Origin: an uncultured Sphingomonas sp.
GTDB taxonomy: Bacteria > Pseudomonadota > Alphaproteobacteria > Sphingomonadales > Sphingomonadaceae
Strand: one strand, 5' to 3'
Assembly: GCF_964243205.1 (NCBI RefSeq)
Contig: NZ_CAXTEO010000012.1
DNA: 64,000 nt
This document shows, one piece after another, positions 10,413-20,600 of the stretch (position 1 is the stretch's first letter; every line of letters begins with the position of its first letter). The position numbers and the translations under genes were made by a program. Under the pieces are notes generated by a model, which saw nothing but the letters and a program-made list of their open reading frames with translations, had not been told where the DNA came from and did not search any database.

Positions 10413-11846
10413 TCAGACTGTCGGCTTCTTCCCGCCGCTGATGGCCTTCAGCTCAAGATGGTCTTCGATGCCGTAAAGGCCGTACTCTCGCCCGATACCG
10501 GATTGCTTGAACCCGCCGAATGGCGCCCTTGGTTCGTGAGCCAGCGCATTGATCGCGACCCGCCCGGCGTCGAGCCGACCCGCGATGACGCGGGCACGAT
10601 CCAAGTCTCGACCGATGACATAGGCGTGGAGGCCGAACGGCGTGTCGTTGGCGATCGCTATCGCCTCCTCCTCGCCGTCATAGGGGATTACACACAGCAC
10701 CGGCCCAAAGATCTCTTCGCGCGCGATCGTCATGTCGTTGGTCACGCCGGCAAAGACGGTCGGCTTGGCGAACAGGCCGCGTGAGAGATGGTCCGGCCGT
10801 CCTTCTCCACCAGCCACGAGGCGGGCGCCTTCGTCGATCCCGGTACGAATATAGCCCTGGACGCGGTCGTATTGCCGCCGATTGACGAGCGGCCCCATAG
10901 TAGTTTGGGGGTCGGCGGGGTTGCCGGGGATAATCTTGGCAACCGCTTGCTGCACTGCGTCGCAGAAAGCGTCCTGACGCGCTCGGGGGACGAGGATGCG
11001 CGTTCCGGCGATGCAGGCCTGGCCATTATTGGTGAAACCCATCGCCAACGCTGCGGATGCAGCCTCGACAAGATCGGCGTCCTCCATGACGATCGTTGGC
11101 GCCTTGCCGCCCAGCTCCAGGGTAGAGCGCACCATGCGATCCGCCGCGCTGCGCATGATGGTGGTGCCAACCGGCGTCGATCCGGTAAAAGAGATCTTGC
11201 GCACCGCGGGGTGCGCCGTGAGCGCGGCCCCCGCGACGTCGCCGCGGCCCATGATGACGTTGATAACGCCGGCAGGAGCACCCGCCGCATGCAGGCACTC
11301 AGTCAGAAGCTGCGTCTGCCATGGACTGTATTCGCTTGATTTGACGATTACGGGGCAGCCGGCAGCGAGGGCGCCGGCCATCTTGACGCTGATCGCATTG
11401 TAGACGCTGTTCCAGGGTACGATGTGAACCGCGACGCCGGCAGCCTGTGCGACAACCTCAGTATCGTTGATCCAACGTGTGAAGCTAAAATTTTCGAGCA
11501 GCTCGGCCGCGACGAGGAAATTGTCGGCTGCAAGCCCGGCGCGCCAGCTTGCCTGCGCAACCGGACCCCCATACTCGACCACCGTGGCCTCTGTCAGCTC
11601 ATCCGCTCTGGCCCGCACAGCGTCGCTTAGCGCGCGAAGCAGCTCGATCCGCTCACGTTTGCCGGTTGACGAGAAGCTGCCGAACGCCCGGTCAGCGCTT
11701 TCTACGGCCAGGCGAGCATCCTCTTGGTCGGCCAGCACTATAGTGGCCATTGGCTCTTCGGTTGTGGGATTGAAGAGGGCCAGCTCCTCGCAGCCGAGTA
11801 CAGGGCGGAAGACGCCATCGATGTAAATCTGGTCGAATTTGCGCAT
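10413..11846 (-). CDS. Aldehyde dehydrogenase
   Basis: PWN, FTGS, LELGGK, GQAC and EEIFGPV motifs. Confidence 0.95.
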   Translation of the reverse strand: MRKFDQIYIDGVFRPVLGCEELALFNPTTEEPMATIVLADQEDARLAVESADRAFGSFSSTGKRERIELLRALSDAVRARADELTEATVVEYGGPVAQASWRAGLAADNFLVAAELLENFSFTRWINDTEVVAQAAGVAVHIVPWNSVYNAISVKMAGALAAGCPVIVKSSEYSPWQTQLLTECLHAAGAPAGVINVIMGRGDVAGAALTAHPAVRKISFTGSTPVGTTIMRSAADRMVRSTLELGGKAPTIVMEDADLVEAASAALAMGFTNNGQACIAGTRILVPRARQDAFCDAVQQAVAKIIPGNPADPQTTMGPLVNRRQYDRVQGYIRTGIDEGARLVAGGEGRPDHLSRGLFAKPTVFAGVTNDMTIAREEIFGPVLCVIPYDGEEEAIAIANDTPFGLHAYVIGRDLDRARVIAGRLDAGRVAINALAHEPRAPFGGFKQSGIGREYGLYGIEDHLELKAISGGKKPTV

Positions 11847-11878
11847 GGTGTTTCCTTCCGGCGGCATTAGGCCGCCCG

Positions 11879-12301
11879 TTAGTTGATCAGGTCGATGTCG
11901 CCTTTAGAATACCGGCGGTGGAGCGTGCGGCGGTCAATCCGCCATTCGCCGTCGAGTCTCCGGAACCCGAGATTGTAGCGCCCACCCATCGTAGCATGGC
12001 GCTCGGTGCCGGCCGGGTCGCGGCGCGCCATGTCGATCACGACATCGATACAGGCGCTCGCCCGCTCATCCTCGATCGTCACGATCGGGTTGACGAGCCT
12101 GTGGTGTGTCCAATCCATCGTTGCGACACGCCCGATCGACGCGCGCGCATAGTCGGCAGCGCTGATGTCGCGTCCGTCCGGGCCGTCGACGGTCGGCGCG
12201 AGGCATGCTGCATAGGCTGCCTCGTCGCGATCGTCGGCGGCTTGTGCTAGGCGTGCGCTGACCGTCATGATCGCGAGAATATCGGCTGCAGCATCCGACA
12301 T
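11879..12301 (-). CDS. NTF2/SnoaL-like protein
   Basis: ADDRD, THHRLVNP and RRLDGEWRI pattern. Confidence 0.8.
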   Translation of the reverse strand: MSDAAADILAIMTVSARLAQAADDRDEAAYAACLAPTVDGPDGRDISAADYARASIGRVATMDWTHHRLVNPIVTIEDERASACIDVVIDMARRDPAGTERHATMGGRYNLGFRRLDGEWRIDRRTLHRRYSKGDIDLIN

Positions 12302-12307
12302 GGCGGC

Positions 12308-13423
12308 TCAACCAAAGGTGAAGACATAGGCGCGCACACCTGGCTGCGCGAAAGTGATGGTTACCGTCCGATCGCGGACCGGGCCGCGTTGCCGCACGAG
12401 CTGGTAGAGCCGATCTTCGACCACTCGGCCCGACCCGCTGGCGTCCACGTCGGTGCCATGGTCGGCGAGAGGCGCTACTCCATCGACCGTCACTTTGAAC
12501 GGAACCGGTCTGCCGTTGGCCGCCCCGCCTAACACCAGGTGCGCGTCGCGCGCGTGAAAGCGGAAGCTGATCGTGCCGTCGTGCGAGGCGGCGGTCGCAA
12601 ATTCCCGACCGACATTCCAATTCCCGGCAAGCGTCCACTGATTGAGCTTAAGTTTGGATGCGGCCGCATAGGCGTGAGGCGCATCATGTGCGAGCCCACC
12701 CGGACCGGCAAAGGCGTCCGCCTTTGCATAGCCGAGATAAGATTCGCCGGTTTTTAGATTGCTCCAATCGGCCTGCGCCTGGGAACCCTCGCTCTGAATG
12801 GCGGCCATGGGCACGCTGGATACGTTGTGGCCGGATTCGCCCAACAGTGTGCGGATAAGCTGCTCCGCATCGGCATAGTGCCCTTCACCGACACGGTAGC
12901 CGCGAAGCCGACCATTCGCGTCGACGAAGTAAAACCCGGGCCAGCCTTCGTTGGCGAAATCCTGCCAGACTCCGAAATCATTGTCTTGGAGGTTCGAATA
13001 GCTCACCCCAAGCTGGCGCAGGGCGATGCGTACCTTGGAAGGATCATGCTCGAAGCGGAACTCCGGCGTATGAACACCGACTACAACCAAGCCCTTGTCG
13101 CCGTAGCGTGCGTTCCACGCGCGCAGGTACGGTAATGCGCGGAGCGAATTAATGCAGGAGTAGGTCCAGAAGTTGACCAGAACGACTTTGCCATGGAGCG
13201 CCTGCACGCCGCCCGGAATCTCGGTGAGCCAGGGTTTCGCGTTTTCGAGCACAGGGATCGGCCTTGAAGTGGCTCCGCTTGGCGCGGGTGCGATGGCAGT
13301 CGGATCGAGCGTGGCGGCTGGTGCTGGAACGAGGCCGAGTGCGTCGCCGAAGCAAACGGCGGTGGTCGCTCCGCCCGCGATCAACGCGACAGCCAAGAAA
13401 AGAGCGTGACGAGCCCTACGCAT
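12308..13423 (-). CDS. DipZ-like exported redoxin (thioredoxin plus C-terminal domain)
   Basis: GKVVLVNFWTYSCINS, GVHTPEF and C-terminal RAYVFTFG. Confidence 0.85.
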   Translation of the reverse strand: MRRARHALFLAVALIAGGATTAVCFGDALGLVPAPAATLDPTAIAPAPSGATSRPIPVLENAKPWLTEIPGGVQALHGKVVLVNFWTYSCINSLRALPYLRAWNARYGDKGLVVVGVHTPEFRFEHDPSKVRIALRQLGVSYSNLQDNDFGVWQDFANEGWPGFYFVDANGRLRGYRVGEGHYADAEQLIRTLLGESGHNVSSVPMAAIQSEGSQAQADWSNLKTGESYLGYAKADAFAGPGGLAHDAPHAYAAASKLKLNQWTLAGNWNVGREFATAASHDGTISFRFHARDAHLVLGGAANGRPVPFKVTVDGVAPLADHGTDVDASGSGRVVEDRLYQLVRQRGPVRDRTVTITFAQPGVRAYVFTFG

Positions 13424-13478
13424 GGAAATTCTCCTTTAGGAGGACTTGGTGGATGTTGAGCAGATTCCAGCCAGCACG

Positions 13479-14024
13479 TCACCGCGACCAGTGTGTGAAC
13501 ACCATGTCGGAGGCTGCATCGAGCTTGGCGTGGCACGCCGCGCAGGATTGCGTCAGCTTCACGTCCTGGTTGGGTTTGCCGCCGTCGAACTGAGCAAAAC
13601 CCCATCCACCGCTGGCTGCCCATCGCCCGCTATTCTTGACGCTCACTTGGACGTTGGTGGGGTCGCCGGCGATGAAGGATTGTGGCGCAGGGAAGACCGC
13701 ATCGTTGCGCGGCGACGACTGGTACCGCCAAGCAAGCCGGACGATCATAGACCCGTCCGGGAAGGGACGCCTGTCCTCACGGAAAGCCTTGAAGGCGACG
13801 TCGTTGGCGAGGATCGCTCGGATGTCGTTGTTGTTGCCGGCCTCATGGGCAACGCTGATGAGCTTCCAGTCCCGGTAGCCCTTCGGCAAAGTCACACCGT
13901 AGATTGGCGCGGCCGCGGCAGCCCGAAGCGTCTTCGCATCTGCTTCGTAACGCCAACCACCGATAACGGCGAATGCCGCCACACTGGCCGCAAACACAAC
14001 GCGGCTCGCGAAATGCCCGGTCAC
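13479..14024 (-). CDS. Cytochrome P460 family protein
   Basis: GTG start overlapping the upstream stop; PKGYRDW, FPDGS, GGWGFAQF and CAACH heme motif. Confidence 0.85.
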   Translation of the reverse strand: MTGHFASRVVFAASVAAFAVIGGWRYEADAKTLRAAAAAPIYGVTLPKGYRDWKLISVAHEAGNNNDIRAILANDVAFKAFREDRRPFPDGSMIVRLAWRYQSSPRNDAVFPAPQSFIAGDPTNVQVSVKNSGRWAASGGWGFAQFDGGKPNQDVKLTQSCAACHAKLDAASDMVFTHWSR

Positions 14025-15061
14025 GCGAGCTTGCCCACATCGATAACTGCCTTGAAGAATTCCTCGGGTGCCTCCTGCGGCAGGTTGTGCCCGACGCCCC
14101 CGCTGACGAGCCGGAACTGGTAGGGTCCGGTGAATTTGGCACGATACTGGTCTGGCTGTGGGTGTGGCGCGCCATTGGCGTCGCCTTCCATCGTGATGGT
14201 CGGCACGCCGATCGTCGGGCCGGCGGCGAGTTTTGCCTCTATCTGATCGTACTTCGCCTCCCCTTTTGCGAGACTTTGCCGCCAACGATAATTGTGGATC
14301 ACGATCGCGACATGATCGGGGTTGTGGAAAGAGGCAGCCGAGCGGGCGAATGTCGCGTCGTCGAAAGCCCATTTTGGCGAGGCGAGGTGCCATATCTGAC
14401 GGTTGAACGCATCAGTGTTGGCAGCGTAGCCTGCCTCGCCACGCGGTGTGGAAAAATAGAACTGGTACCACCATTGAAGCTCGGCTGCCGGGGGAAGCGG
14501 CTTTGCACCCGCAGCCTGACCACCGATCAGATAGCCACTCACCGACACCAGGCCATTGCATCGTTCGGGCGAGAGGACTGCCATGATATCGGCCGTACGC
14601 GCACCCCAGTCGAAGCCCGCGAAAACTGCCTCTTTGATGCCGAGCGCATCCATAAGGGCGAAGCCATCGGCGGCGAGCGCGGCGGGCTGGCCGTTGCGTG
14701 GCGCGTCAGCCGAGCGGAGGATCGTGGTACCATAGCCGCGCAGATGAGGCACGATCACGCGATAGCCTTTGGCCGCGAGCGCCGGCGCAACCTCGGCAAA
14801 GGCGTGAATGTCGTAAGGCCAGCCGTGCAGGAGTAGTACCGCCGGACCGTTCTTTGGTCCCATATCTACATAGCCGATGCTCAACTCGCCGGCATTGACC
14901 TGTTTTACCGCACCAAGATTGCCGAACCCACCGGACATGACCCGCCAAGTGACATTCTGTGCGCTTGCTGCACCGCTGAGGAGGGTGGCGGCCGCGAGGC
15001 CAGCCCCGGTCACGAAGCGACGGCGGTCGGTGTTGAGCGAATTATGGCCGTTGTCCGTCAT
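14021..15061 (-). CDS. Alpha/beta hydrolase (epoxide-hydrolase-like) with Tat-like signal
   Basis: DRRRFV twin-arginine motif; LLHGWPYD, GFDWG and GHNLPQE. Confidence 0.9.
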   Translation of the reverse strand: MTDNGHNSLNTDRRRFVTGAGLAAATLLSGAASAQNVTWRVMSGGFGNLGAVKQVNAGELSIGYVDMGPKNGPAVLLLHGWPYDIHAFAEVAPALAAKGYRVIVPHLRGYGTTILRSADAPRNGQPAALAADGFALMDALGIKEAVFAGFDWGARTADIMAVLSPERCNGLVSVSGYLIGGQAAGAKPLPPAAELQWWYQFYFSTPRGEAGYAANTDAFNRQIWHLASPKWAFDDATFARSAASFHNPDHVAIVIHNYRWRQSLAKGEAKYDQIEAKLAAGPTIGVPTITMEGDANGAPHPQPDQYRAKFTGPYQFRLVSGGVGHNLPQEAPEEFFKAVIDVGKLA

Positions 15062-15319
15062 CTCGTGTGTCCTTCATCTGGCATCGACACATTCTTCTAG
15101 CGCTCGGAAATGACGGGCGCTCGTTAGTCCGTGTCATTCGATAGCAGGACGTTGTGCATGGGCGGCTTGATGCGAGCTGGTCGCGTTTAAGCGACATCGG
15201 TCGATCTCAATTAAGCGACAAATAACAGCGCCTAACTGGCGCCGGCGGAACGTCGAACCGTTAATACGCAATACATCGCGAGCGAGCGCGACCCTAATCG
15301 TCCGCTGACAGGAATATCA

Positions 15320-15766
15320 ATGTCTCAACCCAGTCCGAAGGCCGTACAATATGCCAAAAACGCCGAGATTGCTTGGAATCAGGGAGATGTTGACGCGATT
15401 GTGCTTGGAGCTTCGATCGACTGTCATTGGCGCGACCGAGTGGACTTTCTTTGGGGCCGCGAGCAAATTCGTGCGCATATCCTCCGTCAAGCGCGCCGTC
15501 AGCTCGACTTGCGGTGCATTATAGAGCCGTGGGCGGAAGAGGCTGGTCGACTATCCCTTAGGTTCGTACGTGAATTTCGGGATGACGGGAGTAGGTGGTT
15601 CCGTGTTTATGGCAATGAAGAGTTGGAGTTCGATCACGCTACGCTCGTGCAACGGCGCTTTACAGCCGCCAACGAGCATATGATCGAGGAACGTGAGCGC
15701 GCATTGCGGTGGGAACCAGGGCCCCGTCCACACGACCAGCCCGACCTCTTCGATTTGAGGTTTTAG
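15320..15766 (+). CDS. DUF1348 (SnoaL-like) family protein
   Basis: AEIAWN, WRDRVDFLWGREQI and WFRVYGNE pattern. Confidence 0.75.
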   Translation: MSQPSPKAVQYAKNAEIAWNQGDVDAIVLGASIDCHWRDRVDFLWGREQIRAHILRQARRQLDLRCIIEPWAEEAGRLSLRFVREFRDDGSRWFRVYGNEELEFDHATLVQRRFTAANEHMIEERERALRWEPGPRPHDQPDLFDLRF

Positions 15767-16003
15767 CTCACCCTTTAAACGATTTATCGTGCGGTATATC
15801 TCGGTGCTGCCCATTGCGTTGTCGGCCCTCTAGCGCGTGAGTTGCATTTTGTTTTGACCTCGTCTGCGCGACGAGCGCTGCGTTTGTCTGGACCGAACCT
15901 ACGATGGCACGCGGATCGCTATTGCCGAAACGTTTGCCGCGCGGGCGTGGCGTCTCGGGCGATGCTTAGCCGCAACCCAAAAACGAAAATATGGCCCGCC
16001 GGA

Positions 16004-17242
16004 TTAGGCCGGTGCGATCACGACCGAAGCCAGTTCCCGGCCCCGCGTTTCAGGAAGGAGAACAGCCGCGACCACCACGAGGCAGTAAGCGAGCGAGACG
16101 TAAAGGCCGATCGACGGTGCGATGCCAAACGACGCGACGCTGCTACCGACGGCCAGCGGTCCTGCGCCGGCTAGACCGCGCCCAACATTGTAACAGAAAC
16201 CGAGTCCAGAACCACGCATGCGTGTTGGAAACAGCTCAGTCAGCACGGGCGTGGTCGCGCCATACAGCCCCACCGAGAAGACGCCTACCGCCGCGCTGAA
16301 ACCGAGAAACGCGAGAGGAGACAACGGCAGCAGCGTAGCGGCGAGCACCGTGACGATTCCGCCTACGGCCAACAGGGCAAGTGTGATGCGTCGGCCGATT
16401 TGATCGCCCAGCCAGCCGCCAAGCAGGTAGCCGCCGAATGACCCTGCCACGAGAACTCCCATGTGCAGGGTCGCCTGTAGCGCCGACATGCTGCGTTCGA
16501 TCCGAAGCATTGACGGCCACCAGGTCGCCAGCGCCCAATAGCCACCATGGGTGCCGGTAGCGAGCAGGATTCCCCGCCAAGTGCGTGCTCGAACGGGCGC
16601 CACGAAAATCACGTACCACTGATCTGCTCCCTTGCCAGCCTCGGCAAGGTGAGGAGCTTCGCGCAGGCGGGCGCGCAGCCAGAAAACCGCGGCCGCCGGC
16701 ACCAATCCGACAAAGAAGGCGGCGCGCCAGCCGAGATCCGGGGGCAGATACCAGAGCGCGAGGCCCACAGTGATCGCGGCGAGCGCCCAGCCCAGCGCCC
16801 ACGCACTCTGGACGGCGCTCACGACCCGACCGCGAGTGGCTGGCGAGGAAATCTCGCCGATCAGGACCGCGCCGACGGCCCATTCCGCTCCGAAGCCTGC
16901 TCCTTGTAGGGCACGCGCAGACATCAGTTGAGCGTAGGAGGAGGATAGCCCACATAGCGCCGTCGCGATCGCGAGCCACAGGATCGTAGCCCGCAGGACG
17001 CGCACTCGCCCGAGCCGGTCGGAGAGCGAACCACCGATCCAGCCGCCGATCGAACCGGAGATGAGGGCAGCGGCAGCCAGCATGCCCGCGCGCGATGGCG
17101 ACAGATGCCAAAGGCCAATTAATACGGGCAAGACGAAGGCATAGAGCTGCACGTCCATCGCATCGAGGACGAACCCGCCGGACACGCTCCAGACGCTTCG
17201 GCGGCCGTCCGCGGTCAGGTTCTTATACCAGCGCGGACTCAT
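16004..17242 (-). CDS. MFS transporter
   Basis: About 12 hydrophobic segments; GSLSDRLGR and ELFPTRMRG motifs. Confidence 0.92.
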   Translation of the reverse strand: MSPRWYKNLTADGRRSVWSVSGGFVLDAMDVQLYAFVLPVLIGLWHLSPSRAGMLAAAALISGSIGGWIGGSLSDRLGRVRVLRATILWLAIATALCGLSSSYAQLMSARALQGAGFGAEWAVGAVLIGEISSPATRGRVVSAVQSAWALGWALAAITVGLALWYLPPDLGWRAAFFVGLVPAAAVFWLRARLREAPHLAEAGKGADQWYVIFVAPVRARTWRGILLATGTHGGYWALATWWPSMLRIERSMSALQATLHMGVLVAGSFGGYLLGGWLGDQIGRRITLALLAVGGIVTVLAATLLPLSPLAFLGFSAAVGVFSVGLYGATTPVLTELFPTRMRGSGLGFCYNVGRGLAGAGPLAVGSSVASFGIAPSIGLYVSLAYCLVVVAAVLLPETRGRELASVVIAPA

Positions 17243-18855
17243 CGGTTCTGACCGCCGACCAGACTGGGATTTGCCTTAGCTCCGAGCTCGACTCGACGTG
17301 AGATCGAGATGTTGCCGAGAAACGCTTCGTCATGACTGACCACGACCAGCGCACCATCATACGCCTGCAGTGCCGCCTCAACCGCTGCGATGGAATCCAA
17401 ATCAAGATGATTTGTGGGTTCGTCGAGGATCAGCAATTGCGGAGGACGCGCCCCGCCTAGGTGGCAAGCGAGCCCAGCGCGCAGCAACTGACCGCCGCTC
17501 AGCGTGCCGACCAGCTGCAACGCGGCGTCGGCGCGGAAAAGGAAGCCGGCCAGCGCGGCGCGGCAAGCATTCTCGGTCGCGTCCGCGTTCAGCCGCTTGA
17601 AGTTGTCGAGAATGGTGGCGTCGCGGTCAAGGAACGTCACTTGCTGGTCGACGAGCGCCATGGGTACGGCGACGTCGAGCCTACCGGCGCTCGGCACCAG
17701 CCCGCCACTGATAAGATTGAGCAGCGTCGTCTTGCCAGCGCCGTTCGGTCCGACGATCGCGATGCGGTCGGGTCCCGATATGGCGAAGTCAAAACTCGTG
17801 ATTACGGGCACGTCCGGATCGTGCCCCCCTGTCACACCCGACATCGTTAACACCATCCGGCCAGAAGGAAGCGCCGTCGGGGGCAGAACGATCGAGAGCT
17901 GCTGCAGGATTTCGACGCGCGCTTTTGCGGCGGCGACCCCTTCCTCTGCCCGCGAAGCCAGCTGCTCGATCAGACGCCTTCCGCCGCCTGCGGTTGCTTC
18001 GGCAGCGTTCCGGCGTGCGCCGAGCAGGATGCGAGGTAAGTCGCCCCTTGCGGCCTTGCGGCCCCCGGCCGCGTCGTGCCGCGCCTGGCGCTCGTCGGCA
18101 GCTTGGGCCTTTCTAACGACCGCTTCCTGCTCCTTTTGAGCGTGCGCGAGATTCTGCTCGGCTGCCGCCAATTCGATCGACTTACGGTCGCGATAGTGCT
18201 GCCAGTCGCCGCCATAGCGGGTCGCGCCGCGACCGGTGATCTCCACAATCGCATCCATGCGGCCGAGCAGTTCGCGATCGTGACTGACGATAACGAGGCC
18301 GCCGCGCCACGTTTCCATCAGACGGAGGACGGCATCGCGACCTTCTCGGTCGAGATGATTGGAAGGCTCGTCAAGAAGGAGGAAGTCGGGCGCGGCGAAG
18401 ACAGCCGCAGCTAGCGCAGCCCTCGTGCGCTGGCCGCCGGAGAGAGTGGCCAATTGCGTCGAAGCGTCAGCTTCGAGATTGACTCGGATCAACGCTTCGC
18501 GAAGTCGGTCTTCCAGCGTCCACTCGGCCTGCGCCAGATCGTCGAGTGTCGCCTCTCCGGCCTCCGCGCGGCGCAGTATCGCCAGTGCGTCGGTGATGCC
18601 GAACAGCGTCGCAATCGTCGCGCCATCTTCGGCACGCACCTCCTGCGGCATCAGGTGGACAGAGCCGTCGATCGTCAGCCGTCCTTCGAACGGTTTTAGT
18701 TGACCAGCCAAGATGCGGAGCAACGTCGTCTTTCCAGTGCCGTTACGGCCGACGAGCCCGACTTTCTCACGGTTGAAGCAGAGGTCGAGGCGGCTCAACA
18801 GGACGCGACCGTCGATGGTCGTATAGGCAAGGTTCGTAAGGCTGATCGAAGACAT
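17239..18855 (-). CDS. ABC-F family ATPase
   Basis: Two nucleotide-binding domains (GRNGTGKT/LSGGQ/DEPSNHLD and GPNGAGKT/LSGGQ/DEPTNHLD); no transmembrane segments. Confidence 0.92.
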   Translation of the reverse strand: MSSISLTNLAYTTIDGRVLLSRLDLCFNREKVGLVGRNGTGKTTLLRILAGQLKPFEGRLTIDGSVHLMPQEVRAEDGATIATLFGITDALAILRRAEAGEATLDDLAQAEWTLEDRLREALIRVNLEADASTQLATLSGGQRTRAALAAAVFAAPDFLLLDEPSNHLDREGRDAVLRLMETWRGGLVIVSHDRELLGRMDAIVEITGRGATRYGGDWQHYRDRKSIELAAAEQNLAHAQKEQEAVVRKAQAADERQARHDAAGGRKAARGDLPRILLGARRNAAEATAGGGRRLIEQLASRAEEGVAAAKARVEILQQLSIVLPPTALPSGRMVLTMSGVTGGHDPDVPVITSFDFAISGPDRIAIVGPNGAGKTTLLNLISGGLVPSAGRLDVAVPMALVDQQVTFLDRDATILDNFKRLNADATENACRAALAGFLFRADAALQLVGTLSGGQLLRAGLACHLGGARPPQLLILDEPTNHLDLDSIAAVEAALQAYDGALVVVSHDEAFLGNISISRRVELGAKANPSLVGGQNR

Positions 18856-18899
18856 ATAGAGTCGCAAATGGTAGCTCAAAAAAGAACCCTTATCGATAC

Positions 18900-18915
18900 T
18901 TGAACGTACGTTCAA
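18900..18915. promoter_or_regulatory. Putative TetR operator
   Basis: Perfect palindrome TTGAACGTACGTTCAA between the divergent ABC-F and tetR genes. Confidence 0.65.
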
Positions 18916-18933
18916 TTACATTATCTCGTAGCG

Positions 18934-19500
18934 ATGGGCAGGCCAAAGGCGTTTGATGAGGAAGCGGCGATCGACGCTGCAATCGCGGTATTCCGCGAGC
19001 ACGGGTTTGAGGGCACATCGGCTCAGATGCTCGTCGACGCGATGGGGATTGGGCGGCAGAGCCTCTACAATACCTTCGGCGACAAGTGGGGCATCTATCG
19101 GTCCGCGCTCCGTCGCTATACGCTTTGCGAGATCGCGGCCCATCGGACTGCGCTGGCGAGCGGCTCCAAGGCGGTCGATGGTTTGCGCGCAATGTTCGAC
19201 AGGGTTCTAGGTGAGGCCGCCCAAGGTTGCCTGGGCGTCGGATCGATCGTCGAGTTTGGACCTCGCCGTCGAGATTTGATCGAGCTCCGCGCTGCTCCGG
19301 CGGCCGCTCTGCGTGATCTGTTCGTCAGGACGGTTGAGCGGGGACAAGACGAAGGCGGCATCGCTGCCTCTCTTGATCCCGCGCTCGTTGCGACATTCCT
19401 CGTTGCATCAATTGCCGGCATTCGCGTCGCGGCCCGTAGTGGCGCGTCGTTTGCGCATCTCGCAAGCCTGGCAGATCTCGCGCTGCGAGCGCTGCGCTAA
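18934..19500 (+). CDS. TetR family regulator
   Basis: MGRPKAFD...GFEGTS...SLYNTFGDK HTH. Confidence 0.95.
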   Translation: MGRPKAFDEEAAIDAAIAVFREHGFEGTSAQMLVDAMGIGRQSLYNTFGDKWGIYRSALRRYTLCEIAAHRTALASGSKAVDGLRAMFDRVLGEAAQGCLGVGSIVEFGPRRRDLIELRAAPAAALRDLFVRTVERGQDEGGIAASLDPALVATFLVASIAGIRVAARSGASFAHLASLADLALRALR

Positions 19501-19516
19501 CGTATTTGCCTGTTTA

Positions 19517-19532
19517 TGGAACGATCGTTCAA
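19517..19532. promoter_or_regulatory. Second putative TetR operator
   Basis: TGGAACGATCGTTCAA, a variant of the 18900 palindrome, just upstream of the oxidoreductase RBS. Confidence 0.55.
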
Positions 19533-19542
19533 GGAAATTAAG

Positions 19543-20508
19543 ATGAAGGCGATTATGATCGAGGGCACTGGTGGCGTCGAGGTGATGCGGTATACTGACG
19601 TGCCGAATCCCGTCGCAGCGGACGGCCAGGTCGTGGTAGACGTCGCTGCCGCTGGCGTAAACTTCATGGATATCGGTGCGCGTCGCGGCGTGGTAGGCGG
19701 AGGATACAAGCCGACCATCCTCGGCGTGGAGGGCGCGGGCCGCATCCGGGAGGTCGGCCCGGGCGTCACCGACTTCGCGCCCGGCGATAGGGTGGCATGG
19801 GTTTTCGCTCCGGCAAGCTATGCCGAGCGGGTGGTCGTGGCGGCCGATGCCCTGATCCACCTCCCGGATTCTATAGATGATTACTCCGCAGCTTCTTTGA
19901 TGATGCAGGGATTGACCGCCAGCCACTTCGCCACGGACTTCTATCCGGTCCGGGAGGGCGACGTTGCGCTGGTTCATGCGGCAGCTGGCGGCTTGGGACA
20001 GCTGTTGTCTCAGATCATCAAGCTGCGCGGCGGCACGGTGATAGGACGTGTCTCCAGCGATACAAAGATCGAGGCGGCGCAGGCCGCCGGCGCCGATCAC
20101 GTCATCGTTGATAAGGTCGGGCGATTTGCGGAACAAGTGCTTCAGCTCACCGACGGAAGGGGCGTAGACGTCGTTTATGACGGCTCGGGGCCTGCGACTT
20201 TCGACGGCTCGCTTAAGGCGCTCCGCCGCGCGGGCACCTTTTGCTGGTACGGCCCCGTTCTGGGCGCCCCTGACACGCTCCACCTCATGGATCTGCCGCG
20301 AAGCGTCAAAATTGGATACGCTGTCTTTTTCGACCATATCCCTACGCCGATGCTGCTGCGCGAACGTACGAAGCGTCTGTTCGACTGGGTTCAGGAAGGC
20401 CATTTGCGTTTGACGCCCGCGACGACGTTCCCGTTGGAGGAAGCCGCGATGGCTCATCAACGGATGGAGAGCCGCGCGACACAGGGTAAGCTTCTGCTGA
20501 TCCCCTGA
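19543..20508 (+). CDS. NADPH:quinone oxidoreductase (MDR family)
   Basis: AAGVNFMD, LGVEGAG, HAAAGGLG and GKLLL motifs. Confidence 0.92.
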   Translation: MKAIMIEGTGGVEVMRYTDVPNPVAADGQVVVDVAAAGVNFMDIGARRGVVGGGYKPTILGVEGAGRIREVGPGVTDFAPGDRVAWVFAPASYAERVVVAADALIHLPDSIDDYSAASLMMQGLTASHFATDFYPVREGDVALVHAAAGGLGQLLSQIIKLRGGTVIGRVSSDTKIEAAQAAGADHVIVDKVGRFAEQVLQLTDGRGVDVVYDGSGPATFDGSLKALRRAGTFCWYGPVLGAPDTLHLMDLPRSVKIGYAVFFDHIPTPMLLRERTKRLFDWVQEGHLRLTPATTFPLEEAAMAHQRMESRATQGKLLLIP

Positions 20509-20600
20509 TGTCATCCGATCGAGCTGAGACCGCGGAGGGGCTCGATCGCGGTGAGGCGAGTTTCATCATTTCGGATCACGGGGGGGCCCAGGAACACTTA

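Noticed and set aside
14025-14393. N-terminal extension of the P460 ORF
   Set aside because: Out-of-frame overlap with the hydrolase; a coupled GTG start at 14024 is more plausible
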